A DNA stretch of 62,720 bases, filler included, from Choristocarpus tenellus KU-1152 (lineage: Eukaryota > Protista > Phaeophyceae): assembly GCA_964200185.2 (NCBI GenBank). It is 9 parts of 9 records of this genome, joined end to end, with 100 filler letters (N's around TTAATTAATTAA, not from the genome) between each part and the next. Parts side by side here need not be neighbours in the genome. Positions count along the whole stretch, not along the records: positions 56,149 to 60,117 come from CAXNAD020016863.1; positions 60,218 to 62,720 come from CAXNAD020027272.1; 7 more parts are not named here. One strand, 5' to 3'. A program made the translations under genes and the position numbers. A model generated the notes under the pieces. That model did not search any database. It worked only from the letters and a program-made list of their open reading frames with translations, and was not told the DNA's origin. Below are positions 59,727-62,720 of this stretch, piece after piece. Numbering within the stretch: the stretch's first letter is position 1; each line of letters starts with the position of its first letter.

Positions 59727-62720
59727 TTTCACTCCGTGACCAAATACCAACCCCACTAAACGGTGAAAGTTGAACATGTGCGAGTCAGCTACCCCTGCGA
59801 GGCTAAATGGGAGAATGGTGAATTGCGAAATATCCAGCTCCTTGTCGAACGATACAGTATAGACTAAGACGCTTCTGCACGTGCCTGGTTATGGACAAGT
59901 CACACTCTGCCCCCATACTGACGAGAGGCGCAAATTTGAGGAGCAACGTAGGCCAATTCCTCATCGTGAGTCACCTCTACGTCGTCAATCAGACACATGC
60001 CTCGACAGACATGGTGTACTGGAGAGGTCGGATGTTCTCTAAATCAACGGACTTATGTTAAAGTATCCCCAAAATCATCAAAGAGATTAAAGGTGATAAA
60101 CCCGGCGAGATTGCTTGNNNNNNNNNNNNNNNNNNNNNNNNNNNNNNNNNNNNNNNNNNNNTTAATTAATTAANNNNNNNNNNNNNNNNNNNNNNNNNNN
60201 NNNNNNNNNNNNNNNNNAGGATAGGGGGGGGGGGGGATGGGCTGTGTGCTATACATGAGTTTTGATTCTAATCTAACGTTAAGTTAAGCCCGGTGTTGAC
60301 AGACAGCCTTCACGAAAGCGCAGAAAACGATTTTTTGGTTTCATCGAAAAAGAACTCCTTTGTTAGTATTATTTTTTTTATAAGAGGAGTACCTCTCTCC
60401 CTATATATATATATATATGGGTTGATGAGGCATGGTTGAAGCCCATCTTAGAGGAGGGTGATCATAAGGTTGCGGTATTTTGAAGTGCGTCCAACCTTGA
60501 AACATGCTCTGGGGGAGTGAGTCCGTTGGATAGACTTGTTGAAGTAGTCCTTCAAGCTACAGTGGAGTAGTTAACCTGCGGGTTTTGTGGGAGGGATAGA
60601 CCCTATGTAACATTTGCTATCGTGTTCCCTTTTCTTCTTTGTATGACTGTGTTGAAATTGAGCGTTCAGACATAATAATGATTTTGATTCTGCTCTTTTT
60701 TGTAGTGTTCGTTTTTTTTTAATTTCCTGTATCATTCATTCATTCGTTCGTTCGTTCGTTCCTTGCCCTCTTTTGTTCTCTTTTGAATTTTTAGGACTTG
60801 AGCCAGTCAGTGTATTTATGTCAGAAATGTAACACGCCTCCATATTGTTACGTATTGGACAAGATCCGTAGTGTTGTGGACGGGAAGAGCTTTTGTCGGT
60901 ATTGCTTAGTTGAACAAGACTACCCGGTTGAATCAGGGGCATGCTCTCAGTGCGCGAGGTAGCAAGCCAAGGCGTACAAAGCACCAAGCGCAATAAAGGT
61001 TTTTGAAGCAAATAGATCTCACTTCACACGCCGCCCTTATGTGTGGGTTGAATCATTATGATCTGAACACGAAACCCAGACTTGGCGCAGTGATTCCTAT
61101 ATTTTTTTTAGTAACTGAATCCCCAAAAAATAGGTTTTTCTTTTTTTTATTGTGCCTTATCTAACCTCGTGCTTGACTTTTCTTTTCCATGCCATCTATT
61201 ATTGACGGTTTGCAGTGAGTACTACTAGCCCTAATCTGAGTACCGTCATAGTCCTTACCCTAACCCATCACCCCAACCCCCTGCTTTTTTTTTCTCTTAT
61301 GTTGTTGTTCCAGGGGAAATCAACCAGGGTTGTCAACCGACCTGGAAAGGCGGTTCGGGTGAAGAAGAGGCAGCAAAAGGGCCGAAGGTAGTTAGTGACA
61401 AGACGTGCTGGAGCACTACAACGTGCTGGAGCGCTACACAATACCTTGACAGTTTGCTTTGATTGCAATTTCATTTTTTCAAATGCCTCTGTTGTTATTG
61501 AGGTTTGCTCTTGCCTCCAAGATGTCCTCCAATGATTCAACACTCTCTCATGAGGGGGATTAGGGATGAATGGGAGCAGTAACAGATATTGTGAGTATTG
61601 TCGTAGCAGTGTTTGTTGCCTAATCTGGTTTGACCAAATAATTTACTCGATGTTAGATGTGTTGCTGTGAACCCATTTTTCCCTTACATTAGGAAAGCAA
61701 GACCGAGCTTGTGGTCATGGGAGGTGGTAGTGCTCCCGGAAGTTTTGGTGGAGGGAGTTGGTATGGAGGTAGACTCATTGTTAGATGTTCATGTGCCTTT
61801 GAGTTTTGCAACAAGCCTCACAAGAGGTGCAGGAGAAAGCTGTCGAGACTGCTGTATTGATATATTACAAGTTGGGGAGGCTGTAACATGGTAGGGGAGT
61901 GTTGCCATCCACCCGATTTGATTTGGGGTATGCACTAGAGTACAGATGTGCTCGTGATTGACTACCCATGCAATTATGAAGCAAGTCAGGAGAGTAAGGT
62001 GTGGTTTTGTTAATCACCGATTGATCACTCGAGTCGAAAACCAGTGTCGCATTCACTGTGTGCATTGTATATTAGCTGCCAGTTTTCTGGCAGCTGTGGA
62101 AAATGATATCAACGTACTTTCTGATACATGAAAAAAAAGAGGGGTTTTTTTTTCATGTTTTTGGGTTTGTTTCTTTTTCATCACATAGAGCAGTGTCAAT
62201 GTTGAGAATTTAGCCTGGGGACGTTAGAACAAAAAAAGCATGCTATTCTCATTGGCGTGATGCAATTGACTGGTCCAGTTGTGTAAAGGAGGATGTGTTT
62301 TGCTATAGTAGTACATGATAGATGTGTACTGCCTGCACGTATCAGTGTCCTAGATACATGAATGCTACTTGGCCCGTTGATGTAGTAGTTTTTCTTTTCG
62401 GGACCACTCTGCCCTTTCCCCTACTTGCACAATTTTGTTCTTGCTCCAACAAGGAGGTCCGATCTCTGGCACACTAGCCTGTTGTTGTGCATGTGACTCT
62501 GATAAGGTAGATGTGCCCATCGCATGTCCTCATCATATTGCTATCGCAATGAAGAGGGTGTGTACCCGTTTGAAGCAAAAAAGGACTTATCCAACATCTA
62601 TTGAGAACACTCCTCTACTCACAACCTAATAGGTGAATAATATCCTCGATCAAAACTTGCGGAATATATTGGTAAACTCCTTTTTTATCTTTGTGATTAT
62701 TGGTATTGCTACATCCACGT

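Larger units (their letters stand above)
56966..59900 (+). pseudogene. Decayed coding region of a probable large DNA transposon (transposase C-terminal Cys motif plus Tudor-like segments), interrupted by MITEs
   Basis: LGGIKSMHGF...ELSCYCTNCSIGDLAQC (about 57205-57330). Downstream ORF pieces join in frame when the MITEs are removed. Present in at least 2 copies in the window, with in-frame stops. Confidence 0.5.

Noticed and set aside
60218-62720. Protein-like fragments on the minus strand of the last contig
   Set aside because: All frames are interrupted by stops and no family was recognisable

Overview
Fragmented eukaryotic nuclear DNA. Nine short contigs are joined by artificial 100-nt spacers (N44-TTAATTAATTAA-N44), so adjacency across spacers means nothing. 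Intron-rich GT-AG genes, a bipartite 'AIAFAP' plastid-targeting presequence and dispersed TTAGGG repeats point to a photosynthetic stramenopile, probably a brown alga or close relative (inference). Five genes can be reconstructed by manual splicing: PSMG2/PAC2 (-) divergent from a light-dependent protochlorophyllide oxidoreductase (POR, +); RNA Pol I subunit RPA49 (-, partial) head-to-head with NOP10 (+) across a 169-bp gap that holds a 24-bp hairpin; and a CDCA7-like zf-4CXXC_R1 gene (-). There are also several partial unknown genes. The rest is rich in transposable elements: two related MITE families (about 260 bp and 175 bp, shared CAAAGTATCT TIR core, 3- or 4-bp TSDs), a Stowaway-like foldback element, a tandem dimer of a Tc1/mariner-like non-autonomous element carrying a tRNA-like Pol III module, a decayed probable DNA transposon riddled with MITEs, an RLE-type LINE fragment and local tandem repeats. 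No CRISPR, rRNA or intact tRNA was found.
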